Positions 48,546 through 58,535 of a DNA stretch of 64,000 nt are shown one piece after another (position 1 is the first letter of the stretch; each line of letters opens with the position of its first letter). Position numbers and translations under genes: made by a program. The notes under the pieces were generated by a model. That model made no database searches, had not been told where the DNA came from, and saw only the letters and a list, made by a program, of their open reading frames with translations. This DNA is from Ignavibacteriota bacterium (GTDB lineage: Bacteria; Bacteroidota; Ignavibacteria; UBA10030; UBA6906), in NCBI GenBank assembly GCA_963801355.1, contig CAWDEM010000008.1, forward strand, positions 960,001 to 1,024,000. The letters are read 5' to 3'.

Positions 48546-48719
48546 TTCTATGTCAGGGACAAAACTCAGGCTTTTTTGTCTGGCTTTTAAGTCTGCGAAA
48601 AACCTCAGGCTTTTTTGTCTGGCTTTTATGTCAGGCTCTTTTGCCTGGGTTTTATGTCAGGGTTTTATGTCAAACTTCTACGTCAGGCTTAACTTCTACG
48701 TCAGGCTTTCGTATCAGAC
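48546..48719. repeat. Degenerate 13-bp tandem array (about 13 units, consensus TTTTATGTCAGGC)
   Basis: ttttttgtctggc, ttttatgtcaggc, ttttatgtcaggg, ttctacgtcaggc and similar units fill the intergenic region. Confidence 0.8.
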
Positions 48720-48736
48720 GTTGAGCAAGGCTCCAG

Positions 48737-50257
48737 CTACCACGGCAGATCGTACGAAACGCCGGCCGCGACATTGCCGCGCAGCTCGCGGTTAACGCTT
48801 GCAGCGTTGGACCATGTGTCGACGTACTTCATATCGGCATATTCATATGCCAGATTGAAATTCACATCGGCATATCCGATTCCCAGGCCTAGTGAATACA
48901 CTGCGTACTTCACCGCCTCACCGCGGATGGCATTCGACAGCGGTTCGTACACCTCATGATCCTCGCGTACCCCGCCACGGAGTGTCAGCCAGTCGTTGGC
49001 TTTGAATTCCGCCCCCACCTGCCACAACGAAGCGGACAGCCACGGGTTCGATCCCACTCCATCAGCCCCTGTATAGACGGCCAGTGCATACGAACGGATC
49101 TCATACCCGAGTCCGACCGTGAGACGGTCGCTCACCTTCACCGAAAGGCCGACAGTTCCCCGCCAGGGCAGTTTCACGTTATCTTCGCCGGCAAGCGTTG
49201 AAGTCCAGGCGGTATGCAGAGAATCCACCCGGTGATTCAGCGTGCTGACCGCCGTCACCGAGTCAGTGCGCATTTCGCTTGAGTACTTCCTCGTGATGGT
49301 GGTCGGCGGCTTGATGGCGACTCCGAATTCGTAGAACCGGCCGCTGTATTTGGCCGAGAGTGTGAATTCCGTGCCGCTGAATTCTGACGTTCCCGTTTTG
49401 GTGTAGCCGGTGACCGCATTCTTCGAGAGTCGCAGATAATTGTTGTAGAATGTCATGAGTCCACGGCCCACGCGCGCCTCCAGGTCATCCACCGTACCCT
49501 TCAGGAGCATCCCGCTGACGCCGACAGTCAGATTCTCAAGGATGCCGGCGGATGCCGCACCCCCATAGCCGTAGATCGAGCCGTCGCGCTTCTGATAATA
49601 TTGAAACCACTGGGTGCGGTACGGATTTGCAGCCAGCGTCGTCGTTGAAATGGTCCCGTTCAACACCGACAGCACCGACGGCGAGAAGCAGTTGTTGTTC
49701 TGGTAGAACCTATTGAGATTCGCGTACTCGACAACACCGAGTCCGGCAACGATCTTGATGTTGTCGACGGTGAACGGCACGGCGACAAACACCTGCATGG
49801 GAGCTGTTCGGGTCGTGGAGCGAGTCCAATTCGGGCCGATGTCGTCGAACGGCCGTTGCACGCTGTCGCTTGCATTGGCATTTGTCGGAATCGAATCCGG
49901 ATCGCTGATGTTGCCCGTGACGGCCTGCGTCAACAGATTGAAGGCCGAATGCGTCTGCAGTCCTCCATAGAGCTGATCCTGTTTCGTGTAGGACGTCTGG
50001 TACAGAACGCCGACGGACACCTGGATCTTCTCCAGGCTCTGGAGCATGGCAGGATTGGCGAACATCAACGAGACGTCGTTGTGCAGGCCGACGGAGATTC
50101 CGCCGGCTCCGCGTGATGCGGCTGACTGGAGCGTGGTGCGGTGCACACCCTGGATGGTGAGGGGGGTATCATAGCCCTGCGCAAAGAGCATATGCACCCC
50201 GGACACGCAGAGGATCAGGAGCGCGGCAATTGCGTATGCATTCAATGAGTGTCTCAT
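48737..50257 (-). CDS. OmpP1/FadL-like outer-membrane beta-barrel
   Basis: Signal peptide, ASRGAGG...FANPAML hatch motif, beta strands, aromatic C-terminus. Confidence 0.72.
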   Translation of the reverse strand: MRHSLNAYAIAALLILCVSGVHMLFAQGYDTPLTIQGVHRTTLQSAASRGAGGISVGLHNDVSLMFANPAMLQSLEKIQVSVGVLYQTSYTKQDQLYGGLQTHSAFNLLTQAVTGNISDPDSIPTNANASDSVQRPFDDIGPNWTRSTTRTAPMQVFVAVPFTVDNIKIVAGLGVVEYANLNRFYQNNNCFSPSVLSVLNGTISTTTLAANPYRTQWFQYYQKRDGSIYGYGGAASAGILENLTVGVSGMLLKGTVDDLEARVGRGLMTFYNNYLRLSKNAVTGYTKTGTSEFSGTEFTLSAKYSGRFYEFGVAIKPPTTITRKYSSEMRTDSVTAVSTLNHRVDSLHTAWTSTLAGEDNVKLPWRGTVGLSVKVSDRLTVGLGYEIRSYALAVYTGADGVGSNPWLSASLWQVGAEFKANDWLTLRGGVREDHEVYEPLSNAIRGEAVKYAVYSLGLGIGYADVNFNLAYEYADMKYVDTWSNAASVNRELRGNVAAGVSYDLPW

Positions 50258-51330
50258 TAGAATCCCGCTCCTATGCTAATGCGGTGGACACTCCCAAGTT
50301 GGAATTCGAGGGCGCCGTAGCTGTAGTCGACGGAGAGCAGTGCCCCGGCGATGTTTTGTTTGACTCCTACGCCCGCCGTAAATCCATCCGCATCATAGTT
50401 GAACTTGTATCCGCCGCGGAATGCCACGATGCCGGCGAACTCATATTCAACGCCCATGTGCGCCTGCTGTTCATAGTCGTTCGGCTGGAAGAGATCGAAG
50501 GCCACGCCGAACCGGTGCTCAGTACTTTCTAGAAGTAGCGGATTCGATCCCACGATATCGGCGGCGATCCCAACCCGCAGCGCAAGGGGAATCGCATTGG
50601 TCTCGGGTTCATAATCCACGGGGGACTCATCCGCCTTCTTGGTATAGGTGACATTGGGGCCGAAATTCTGCACCGATGCCGCAAGCCTGATGGACCGGTA
50701 GCCCGTGTTGTACTGCAGACCGAAGTCGAACATGATCCCGTTCGCCCAGGTATTCACGTTCACGGCATCTCCTTGACTGGTGTACGCGGCCACGGTGCTC
50801 CCGTTATAGAGGGACTCGTGAGCGAATTTTGCCGTTACACCTGTGGAGAATTTGTCGGTGAGCTGATAGGCATAGGTCAGGCCCACCATGTAGGCAAACG
50901 GCCGGAACGTCCTGCCGGTCAGCCCCGGATATTCGGTGTTATCCTTATAGGGAGAATCCCAGACCGCCTCGTCGATGCTGCCGAAATCGATGTATTGCAG
51001 CTGCAGGCCCACCGACCCCCAATCGCCGAGCGACGTCGCGAACCCGAGTGCGCCCTGCTGTGTGTCGAATATCCATCTCACATACGAGAGCGATGCCTCG
51101 CTGGTGCGTGTAATGCGGTTCTGGAGATCTGCGATGCCCGCGGGGTTCCAGAACACCGCCTCGGCCCCCGTCGCAAGCACGCTGTAGGCTTCGCCCATCG
51201 CGGTTGCCCGGGCGCAGGGCATGACTTTCAGAAACTGCATTGAGGTGCTGCCGACTTTTTGTGCGAGCACAGGAAGTGAGAATACGCTGAGCAGAATGAG
51301 CGGCAGGAGAGACCATATGACCTTTTTCAT
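50257..51330 (-). CDS. PorV/PorQ family beta-barrel (second PorV paralogue)
   Basis: KVGSTSMQFLKVMPCARATAMGEAY, FWNPAG, QNFGP, PLALRVG, VDYSY...HRISIGAGF. Confidence 0.85.
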   Translation of the reverse strand: MKKVIWSLLPLILLSVFSLPVLAQKVGSTSMQFLKVMPCARATAMGEAYSVLATGAEAVFWNPAGIADLQNRITRTSEASLSYVRWIFDTQQGALGFATSLGDWGSVGLQLQYIDFGSIDEAVWDSPYKDNTEYPGLTGRTFRPFAYMVGLTYAYQLTDKFSTGVTAKFAHESLYNGSTVAAYTSQGDAVNVNTWANGIMFDFGLQYNTGYRSIRLAASVQNFGPNVTYTKKADESPVDYEPETNAIPLALRVGIAADIVGSNPLLLESTEHRFGVAFDLFQPNDYEQQAHMGVEYEFAGIVAFRGGYKFNYDADGFTAGVGVKQNIAGALLSVDYSYGALEFQLGSVHRISIGAGF

Positions 51331-51347
51331 TGCTGTCATATCCTTTG

Positions 51348-53738
51348 TCAATGAATGATGACAAACTTGCCAGTCGCCGTTGTCCCCTTGTCGAGGTCTT
51401 CAACGACGTAGAAATAGACACCTGCCGCTATTCTCTGGCTGTTGCGTGAAATCTGGAACCACTCATGCGAATAGACGTTGGCCGAATGGTCGATCTCTCC
51501 GATAAGCTGACCGCTGTACGAGAAGACCCGGATCTTCGCCCGTTTTGGCAGTCCGTAGAAACCGATCTTGTCTTTGATATCGCCTTCCCTGGTCGATCCG
51601 CCGAAGTTGCTGCTGATGACCAGCGGATTCGGGGCCACGTACAGTTTGCCTCCGAGTTCGCTCACGGCACCCTTCTGCGTCGCGTGGTAGATCATGTTCG
51701 TCATCCCGCTCTTTCCGCCGAGCGAATCGACCGAAATGACGCAGTAGTAGTAATTCTCGCTCAGGATGCTTGCGCCGTCGCGGTAAACGTATTTGTTGGG
51801 ATAGGCAGGATCCACATTGAAAAACTTTGCGTCTCTGATCCTGACGCTGTCGAGCACGGTCCAGGGGCCAAGCCCGTCGGGCGATTTCATCACCAGATAG
51901 TGTTTCAGGCCCGCGCGTATCCGTCCGGTTGCCACGGCAGCCTGCACCGCCGGGAGGGTCCTGAAGTCTTCCACCTGCGGCCCCCATACCACTCTGTTCT
52001 TCGTGTCAACCCCATCCAGCACCTCGGCGAGGGGAGCCGGAAACGGGATGTAGCTGGTGCGGTACGATCCACTGGCGGCCGTGCTTTCCGGCTTGAACTG
52101 GACTCCATCGTACTTTGTCAGCGGCCTCCCGGTGTACATTTGGATTGCGCGGTCGGCGGCATCGCGCAGGGAGATGACCTTCGCCGCATCGGCCGACGAA
52201 ATCCCCTTTCCTGCCGACACGTACCAGGGCAGCTCGTGTGTCTGCAGATACTTGCTCCCCATCGTGGTGATCCCCGAGATGGCGGAGAGCCCCGGATAGG
52301 TCAGCTCATCGTACCAGCTCGGCACGGGATTGAAGAAGCCATTTGTCGAGGAGTTGGATCCGCCGCCATCTCTCCAGACACTGTCTTCGGCAACGCCCGG
52401 ACCATATCCCACGGCGTGCGCGATCGCGAACTTGAGGTGTTCGCCTTTCTTGAAGATGTACGGGCCGAATGACATGTAATGGAAAAAGGCGCCGGTGTAT
52501 CCGCTGGCGGAAGACGCGCGCGGCTTCATGCGCCCGTGCCAGTACTCGCGGAACGCGGTGTTGGCTGCCACGTCCACCATTGCACCGGGAAAGGGCTCGA
52601 TAGCGTACGGGGCATAGGCCTTCGACCAGTTGGCAGAATCAGGGGCGGAAGACCCCGTACTCACGCTGTTGATTGCCCCGGGATTGTGCACGGTAATGTC
52701 CAACCCGAGAGCGATCGTCCTGGCCATTTCCTGGTTGCGGTTGCCGTTTGTCTCGGTCGTGTAAGGTTGCTTAAATTTCCCGTTGGCATCCCACACGCGC
52801 GCGCTGTCATTGACGGTATACGTTGTCTGACTTCTTGGCTGGAGATGTTCGTAGTCATAGTGGAGCGGCAACACGCCGATGGCCTGCGGAGAATTCAGGC
52901 CTCCGCGGTTTCCCGGTGTTGACCATTCGTTGAAATACGATGTCCCGGCGCTGTTCGACGGATCCTCCGGGAATCCGTCGCGGGGATGCACATAGGTCAT
53001 CAGGCGGGAGTAGTTGTACCGCGCATACTCCTCCCGGCTGCGGCTGGTCGTGGAGGATTCATTCCACACGCCGTACTTTCGCATGAGTCCAAACGCCGAC
53101 GGGGAGAAAGCGTTCTGCGACATGACAAACCCGTCGGTATAGTCCATGGCGTCGTTGTTGACGATGTCGTACTCGTAGATGATGAACGCGTCGTATCCCG
53201 GATAGCTCCAGGCACGGCTCGTTTGTGTGACCTCAATGTTCATGGGAGGGGTGGTCCGGTACTTCGACACAATGATCTCCTCCGCTTCATCGGGATTCCA
53301 GGCGGGATTGAGCGAGCCGTCTGCACGCACCGGGTAGTTCTCCGTGCGCGTGATTTCTCCGGGGAGCACATACACCCCGGCGATAGCGGTGGCATTGCCC
53401 GAGCCGTCGGTGACACCGCCGCATGCCCGGAACTGGTAGGTGTCACCAACTTTGGCTCTCAGGACGAGGCCGGATCCCTGGCCGTTATGCTGGCCGAAAT
53501 AGATCTTCCCGTCGAGGGTCATCCTTGAGTTTGGCGGCCACTCCAGAGCGGAGGTCTGCTCGGCGATACCGACGGTGGAAGAGTTCGACCCTTCGAGGGC
53601 CCTTCCCAGTTCGCCGGTATTATAAATCGTCTGGCGGAGCATGCTGCGCGTATGTGTTTCGAACGCGCGCTGCTGTTGCGACAGCACCACAGTAGAGATC
53701 AGGACCGCCGCGAGACTGACATGTGCGATGAGTTTCAT
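51348..53738 (-). CDS. Hypothetical secreted protein with Fn3-like and T9SS-type C-terminal domain
   Basis: Signal peptide; YYYCVISVD; LYVAPNP...IRVFSYSGQLI...AAGVYFYVV...GKFVIIH. Start placed at MKLIAH. Confidence 0.75.
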   Translation of the reverse strand: MKLIAHVSLAAVLISTVVLSQQQRAFETHTRSMLRQTIYNTGELGRALEGSNSSTVGIAEQTSALEWPPNSRMTLDGKIYFGQHNGQGSGLVLRAKVGDTYQFRACGGVTDGSGNATAIAGVYVLPGEITRTENYPVRADGSLNPAWNPDEAEEIIVSKYRTTPPMNIEVTQTSRAWSYPGYDAFIIYEYDIVNNDAMDYTDGFVMSQNAFSPSAFGLMRKYGVWNESSTTSRSREEYARYNYSRLMTYVHPRDGFPEDPSNSAGTSYFNEWSTPGNRGGLNSPQAIGVLPLHYDYEHLQPRSQTTYTVNDSARVWDANGKFKQPYTTETNGNRNQEMARTIALGLDITVHNPGAINSVSTGSSAPDSANWSKAYAPYAIEPFPGAMVDVAANTAFREYWHGRMKPRASSASGYTGAFFHYMSFGPYIFKKGEHLKFAIAHAVGYGPGVAEDSVWRDGGGSNSSTNGFFNPVPSWYDELTYPGLSAISGITTMGSKYLQTHELPWYVSAGKGISSADAAKVISLRDAADRAIQMYTGRPLTKYDGVQFKPESTAASGSYRTSYIPFPAPLAEVLDGVDTKNRVVWGPQVEDFRTLPAVQAAVATGRIRAGLKHYLVMKSPDGLGPWTVLDSVRIRDAKFFNVDPAYPNKYVYRDGASILSENYYYCVISVDSLGGKSGMTNMIYHATQKGAVSELGGKLYVAPNPLVISSNFGGSTREGDIKDKIGFYGLPKRAKIRVFSYSGQLIGEIDHSANVYSHEWFQISRNSQRIAAGVYFYVVEDLDKGTTATGKFVIIH

Positions 53739-53768
53739 CGTGAGATTCCTGCGATGCGTGTACATAGG

Positions 53769-56690
53769 TTAGAAATCGATGGCGATCCCGAAATAGTATG
53801 ACCGCGGCGCGTTCTCATACAGTACGAACTCATGATTCACACCGTATGCACTGCCAATATTCTGGTCATCCCAGTAGAGCACACCGTGCGCCGGATCATC
53901 CCACGCGAAGTTCTCGTAATTCGCCAGATTTGCGTTCTGATCGATCTTGTTCGCGGTGTTGAACAGATAGTTGTAGTTGTAGATTCTGTCGTTAAAGAGA
54001 TTGAAGACCTCCATGTAGACCGTCGCTGTTGTGCCGAAGAACTTGGGGATCTGCTTGGAGATTCTCAGATTCGTATTCCACTCCGACGGAGTGCGGCGGC
54101 CGTTCACGTCGTTGGCGTTGCTGCTCGGGGTGTATGGGCGACCGCTCCGGATGAACGAGTTCACCGATGCGGTCATCCGTTCGAAGGGGTAGATGCCGAG
54201 CACTTCCGGACCGAATTCCTCCGGCGACATGTACGCCAGATTGATGATGAGATTGTGCGTCCGGTCGAAATTCAGGAGAACGTCCTTGATCGGCACTTTG
54301 GTCACGATATCCGTCGACACGGCGCCGGTGAGGTCTTTGGTGATTGCTACGGGGGCATTGGATGCCGAAGCGCTCTTTCCGGTGGCGACACTGAACTGGT
54401 AATTGACCGAGCCCGTGAAGGCGCCCCGCCGTTTCGCCAGCGCTATCCGGAATCCGCGTACGTCGGCATAGTCCCTGTTGAAATAGGAGAAATAGCTCGT
54501 TCCGGTCGACAGGTTTGTGAAGACCGCCTGCTCGATCAGGTCCTTGATGTCCTTATAGTAGCCGCTCACATCCAGCGTAACCCCTTCGGTGATCCCCTGC
54601 ATGACACCGACATCGTAGCTGTTGGTCACCTGCGGATGGAGGCGCGGATTCCCGAGGCTGTACACCGTGGCGGACGTCGGAGGGGGAGGATATTTTTCCG
54701 TCGAGCCGATTACATACTGGAACGAAGGCCGCTGCATGAATGAGCCGTAATTCAGATGGAACACCGTCGATGTCGACACCGGGAAAGACACACCGACGCG
54801 GGGCTGCAGGCGGCCGATCGGCTTACTCTTCTCCCGGGGGGCGCTGCCCGCATCAAACTGCAGTGTGGGGTTTCCGGCCTCGTCGCGCAGCAGGAAGGGG
54901 TCGAACTGGTCGATGTAGTATTCATTGTTCGAGTGCCAGAGATCCCAGCGCAGCCCGACGTTGGCAATCATCCCCTCGAACTCCATCTTGTCCTGTATGT
55001 ACGCTCCCAGCTCCATGGGGTACGCAGTGAACTGCTTCTGGGTGATACTGCCTTTGGAAGCGATGTTGCCGATATTATTCACGTCCAGGGAGTACAGGCT
55101 CCCCTGCAACCCGCCGTTGATCAGATGCGAGCGGGTGACCTGGCTCGTGAAGTTGGCATCCAGGGAGAGGGTTGTGGTCTTCTCGTCCGTGAAGTTGCTC
55201 AGGTTGTTGGCAAGGTAGAAATAGGTCTTGCCCGTCATGGCCTGATAGTACATGAAGTTCATCGTGCGGGTGATGATCGCCGTGCCCGTCTCCATGTTCC
55301 GCACCTGATCGGTGATGGTGTTGTACCACGGCGATGTCCCGACCCGGTTGTTGGTACGCAGGGCATTGAGCTTGACCTCGTAGAAGCTTTGCTGGCTCAG
55401 CATCTTGGTGAATCGCGCGCCGAGCTGAAGATTGGTGTTCTTCCGGTACGAAATGCCCAGGATCCGGTCCCAGATCCACTGGTAGAATCCCGTGCCCGTG
55501 CCGAGGATATTCCTGCCCTCGTACTGGTAGCCGGAGCTCAGTCGCAGGGCGCTGCTTGCACCCATGTCAAACACCACGTTCCCCATCACCTGTAACTTTT
55601 TGTCCGGCTCTTCCGTGGGGACGAGCGAATTCGTGATCTCCGACCGCCCCGCGAGGAACATCGTCACTCCTTCTTCCAGCGGACCGCCCAGGGCGCCTTC
55701 GACAGAGTAGTCGATCTGATTTTTCCAGTACTTCTTGTTCATGTCCTTCTGGGTCGCCAGCCCATAAATCGTCTGTGCCACCTGAATTGCCACGGCCGTG
55801 TCGCCTCCGAAGTCGGAATAGGTCCATCCCATGATGGGCTGGTTTCCGGTGGAAGCATCGCCGGTGAACCACCAGGCCGGATCGGCGAGTTTCTGCATGT
55901 ACGGGTTGGCGCTCTGGTCGTACACGCTCGGGCCGAAGTATTTCAGGCCGGGGGCCCGGATTCGTGATTCGAGGCGTCCCCGCCATTTGTCGGCCTTCCC
56001 CTCCTTCATGCTGATATTCACAACTCCCGATTGGGCATTGCCGTATTGCGCACCGAACCCGCTCGTGACCACCTCCACCTCTTCCACGGCACTCATGATC
56101 GGCCGGAATGCGGCACTGGCATCCAGGGGATTCACGATGCCCATGCCCTGCAGGGTGTAGTACTCCTCGTTCTCGCGGCCGCCGCGGAAGTGTCCGTCCG
56201 TGATGTCGGCCGCCAGCCCGATCACGTCGTTCACATCGCGCATGCCTGCCAGCCCCGCGACGTCATCCGAGCGCAGGATGACACTGGTGGAGGTTTTCTC
56301 TCGCTCCACATCCGGGCGGACAGCCTCTACGATGACGGCATCCTGCTCGATTGCAGTCGCCCTCAGCTGGAAATCCACAGCGGTCGTTCGGCCCGAGTTC
56401 ACGATCGTGCCCCGTTCGATCACCCGCTGGTAGCCGACCATCGAGGCCTGAACATCATAGCGTCCTACGGGGATGTTCAGGATGAAGTACGAGCCTTCGA
56501 TGTCGGTGGTCCCGCCCAGTTTGGTCCCGATGACCGAAATGTTTGCGCCCACCAGGGGTTCTCCGGTTTGCTGATCCTTGATGACGCCGGATATCTTCCC
56601 CGGTGTCTGTGCTGACGCAACAGACATGGCCAGCACCAGCACGGCAAGGGCGCACAGGGCGAGGCCGGACATGGAGAGTCCATTTTTCAT
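53769..56690 (-). CDS. TonB-dependent transporter with N-terminal carboxypeptidase-regulatory-like domain
   Basis: GKISGVIKD..TGEPLVGANI, HFRGGR, GFGAQYGNAQSGVVN, YIQDKME, QPRVGVSFP, GNPRL, C-terminal Phe. No SusC-type signature seen. Confidence 0.92.
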   Translation of the reverse strand: MKNGLSMSGLALCALAVLVLAMSVASAQTPGKISGVIKDQQTGEPLVGANISVIGTKLGGTTDIEGSYFILNIPVGRYDVQASMVGYQRVIERGTIVNSGRTTAVDFQLRATAIEQDAVIVEAVRPDVEREKTSTSVILRSDDVAGLAGMRDVNDVIGLAADITDGHFRGGRENEEYYTLQGMGIVNPLDASAAFRPIMSAVEEVEVVTSGFGAQYGNAQSGVVNISMKEGKADKWRGRLESRIRAPGLKYFGPSVYDQSANPYMQKLADPAWWFTGDASTGNQPIMGWTYSDFGGDTAVAIQVAQTIYGLATQKDMNKKYWKNQIDYSVEGALGGPLEEGVTMFLAGRSEITNSLVPTEEPDKKLQVMGNVVFDMGASSALRLSSGYQYEGRNILGTGTGFYQWIWDRILGISYRKNTNLQLGARFTKMLSQQSFYEVKLNALRTNNRVGTSPWYNTITDQVRNMETGTAIITRTMNFMYYQAMTGKTYFYLANNLSNFTDEKTTTLSLDANFTSQVTRSHLINGGLQGSLYSLDVNNIGNIASKGSITQKQFTAYPMELGAYIQDKMEFEGMIANVGLRWDLWHSNNEYYIDQFDPFLLRDEAGNPTLQFDAGSAPREKSKPIGRLQPRVGVSFPVSTSTVFHLNYGSFMQRPSFQYVIGSTEKYPPPPTSATVYSLGNPRLHPQVTNSYDVGVMQGITEGVTLDVSGYYKDIKDLIEQAVFTNLSTGTSYFSYFNRDYADVRGFRIALAKRRGAFTGSVNYQFSVATGKSASASNAPVAITKDLTGAVSTDIVTKVPIKDVLLNFDRTHNLIINLAYMSPEEFGPEVLGIYPFERMTASVNSFIRSGRPYTPSSNANDVNGRRTPSEWNTNLRISKQIPKFFGTTATVYMEVFNLFNDRIYNYNYLFNTANKIDQNANLANYENFAWDDPAHGVLYWDDQNIGSAYGVNHEFVLYENAPRSYYFGIAIDF

Positions 56691-56758
56691 TTGAGCTCCT
56701 TGGCACATAGGACAGATAACGATTCCTTCATGGCAACAGAGACAGAGAACGGCGGAGG

Positions 56759-58169
56759 TTACTTCTTCTGTGACGCATAGGTCAACTTCACATTGATCAA
56801 ACTCAAGTCTTTGACGTTGTCGAGTACATTAGGCTCTTCGACGTTGTTCGAATGTACAGTTGCGCACAGAGATGTTCGTCGCGGGAGAACGTTCGTACGC
56901 TTTGATCCAGATGCCGAACTTGCTCTTGTTGCAGGTGACATCCTGCACATCGATATTCCGCACGATCGGCGTGAACGCTCCGGTATCCCCCTCTTCGTAA
57001 TAGAAGTCAACCTTGATGACCGCCTCGGCGACCTGTCCGACCTGTACATTCCGCATGAAGATGTTTTCCAGCACTCCTCCGCGAAGGGCGTTGGTCTTGA
57101 TGCGCAGGGCACGGTCCAGGCGCGGGCTGTCCATAGTACACCGTTCTGCAAACACGTTGCGCACTCCGCCGCTGATTTCGCTCCCCAGCACCACCCCGCC
57201 ATGACCCTCGATCATGCGGCAATCGCGGATGACCACGTTTTGTGTCGGCACGTTGACACGCCTGCCATCGGCATTCCGGCCTGACTTGATGGCGATGCAA
57301 TCGTCTCCGGTATTGAACGTGCAGTTTTCTATCAGGACATCGGTGCAGGATTCGGGGTCGCAGCCGTCGTTGTTGGGTCCGAGTCCCTCCGCGGTGACGC
57401 CGACGATCGAGACGTTACGGGAGAGCACGGGATGGAGGAACCACATGGGGGAGTCCTTGAAGGTCACCCCCTGTACCAGGACATTTTTGCACCGGTAGAC
57501 CTGGAAGAAATTCGGCCGGAGATAGGCGCCTTCCCCCATGAGGCGCTCGCGCACGGGCACATTTCTGTCAGCCATGTCGAGGAGTTTTTTCCGTGCCGCG
57601 TTCTGGTTCTCCACCGCTTTCTGGTTGCCCCCCGCTTTCTTCCCGTCACGGGTTGTATTCCCCTTCCAGAACCACCAGTTCTCCGGGCTTCCCTGTCCGT
57701 CCAGAATTCCGTCGCCGGTGACGGCAATATTCTCCTGCTCGAATGCGTAGATGAGGGCCGAGTAGTTCATGCATTCCACCCCCTCCCACCGTGTGTAGAC
57801 CAGGGGGAGGTATTTCCGGGGATCCGTGCTGAAACGAAGTACGGCGCCTTTCAACAGATGGAAATTCACGTTGCTTTTGAGATGGATGGCACCGGTGAGG
57901 TACACGCCTGCAGGGACAACGACGCGACCGCCCCCGGCTGCATGGCAGGCATCGATTGCGCGCGCAAAGGCCCCCGTGCAATCAGTGTTGCCATCTCCCA
58001 CGGCATTGTAGTCGCCCACAAGGAAATCCGTGCCCGGAAACGAGGGTGGGACGATCTGTTTCAGGATTTCGGGCAACTGATCCCAACCGATTGGGGTCGT
58101 GGAGGGGGGCTGGGCGCAGGAGGCCTGTACGAAAATAGCGATGCACGGCAGCAGGTAGCGAAGTTTCAT
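56759..58169 (-). CDS. GH28 polygalacturonase, frameshift near 56850 affecting the last about 30 codons
   Basis: NNDG, GDDCIAIKSG, GHG and RIK catalytic motifs. The C-terminus continues in another frame (NVEEPNVLDNVKDL...). Confidence 0.92.
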
Positions 58170-58352
58170 GGTCAACGGTGCCGGTTGAAGTTGATAGAAG
58201 AGTGATGAAAAAGAACAGGGCGAGATGAATCAGTATCGCGGACGCCGATGACTGCGTCCAGGACTATGCTTTTCTAATAACTACCTCGGGGCGGGAGTAT
58301 TGAGGGACCTCCCTTTAAGCGTGTCCTTTAGCGATTACTTTGGGGTATTTTC

Positions 58353-58381
58353 AAGATATTGAATACTTGCAGACTTGTCAA
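58353..58381 (-). promoter_or_regulatory. sigma70 promoter for GH28-TBDT operon
   Basis: Minus strand TTGACA-N17-TATCTT. Confidence 0.7.
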
Positions 58382-58535
58382 GGACTTTTTCTCCTGAGAG
58401 CTTTCCCTTGTCAAGTCTATCCTTTACCAAGGGCTTTCCCTTCCGAGGGCTCTCCTTCTCACGCAGTTTTCCTTCCGCCGCCTGAACGAACGATTCCCGG
58501 CCCTTTGCAGACCACCGGCAGGAGTTATAGCTTTT

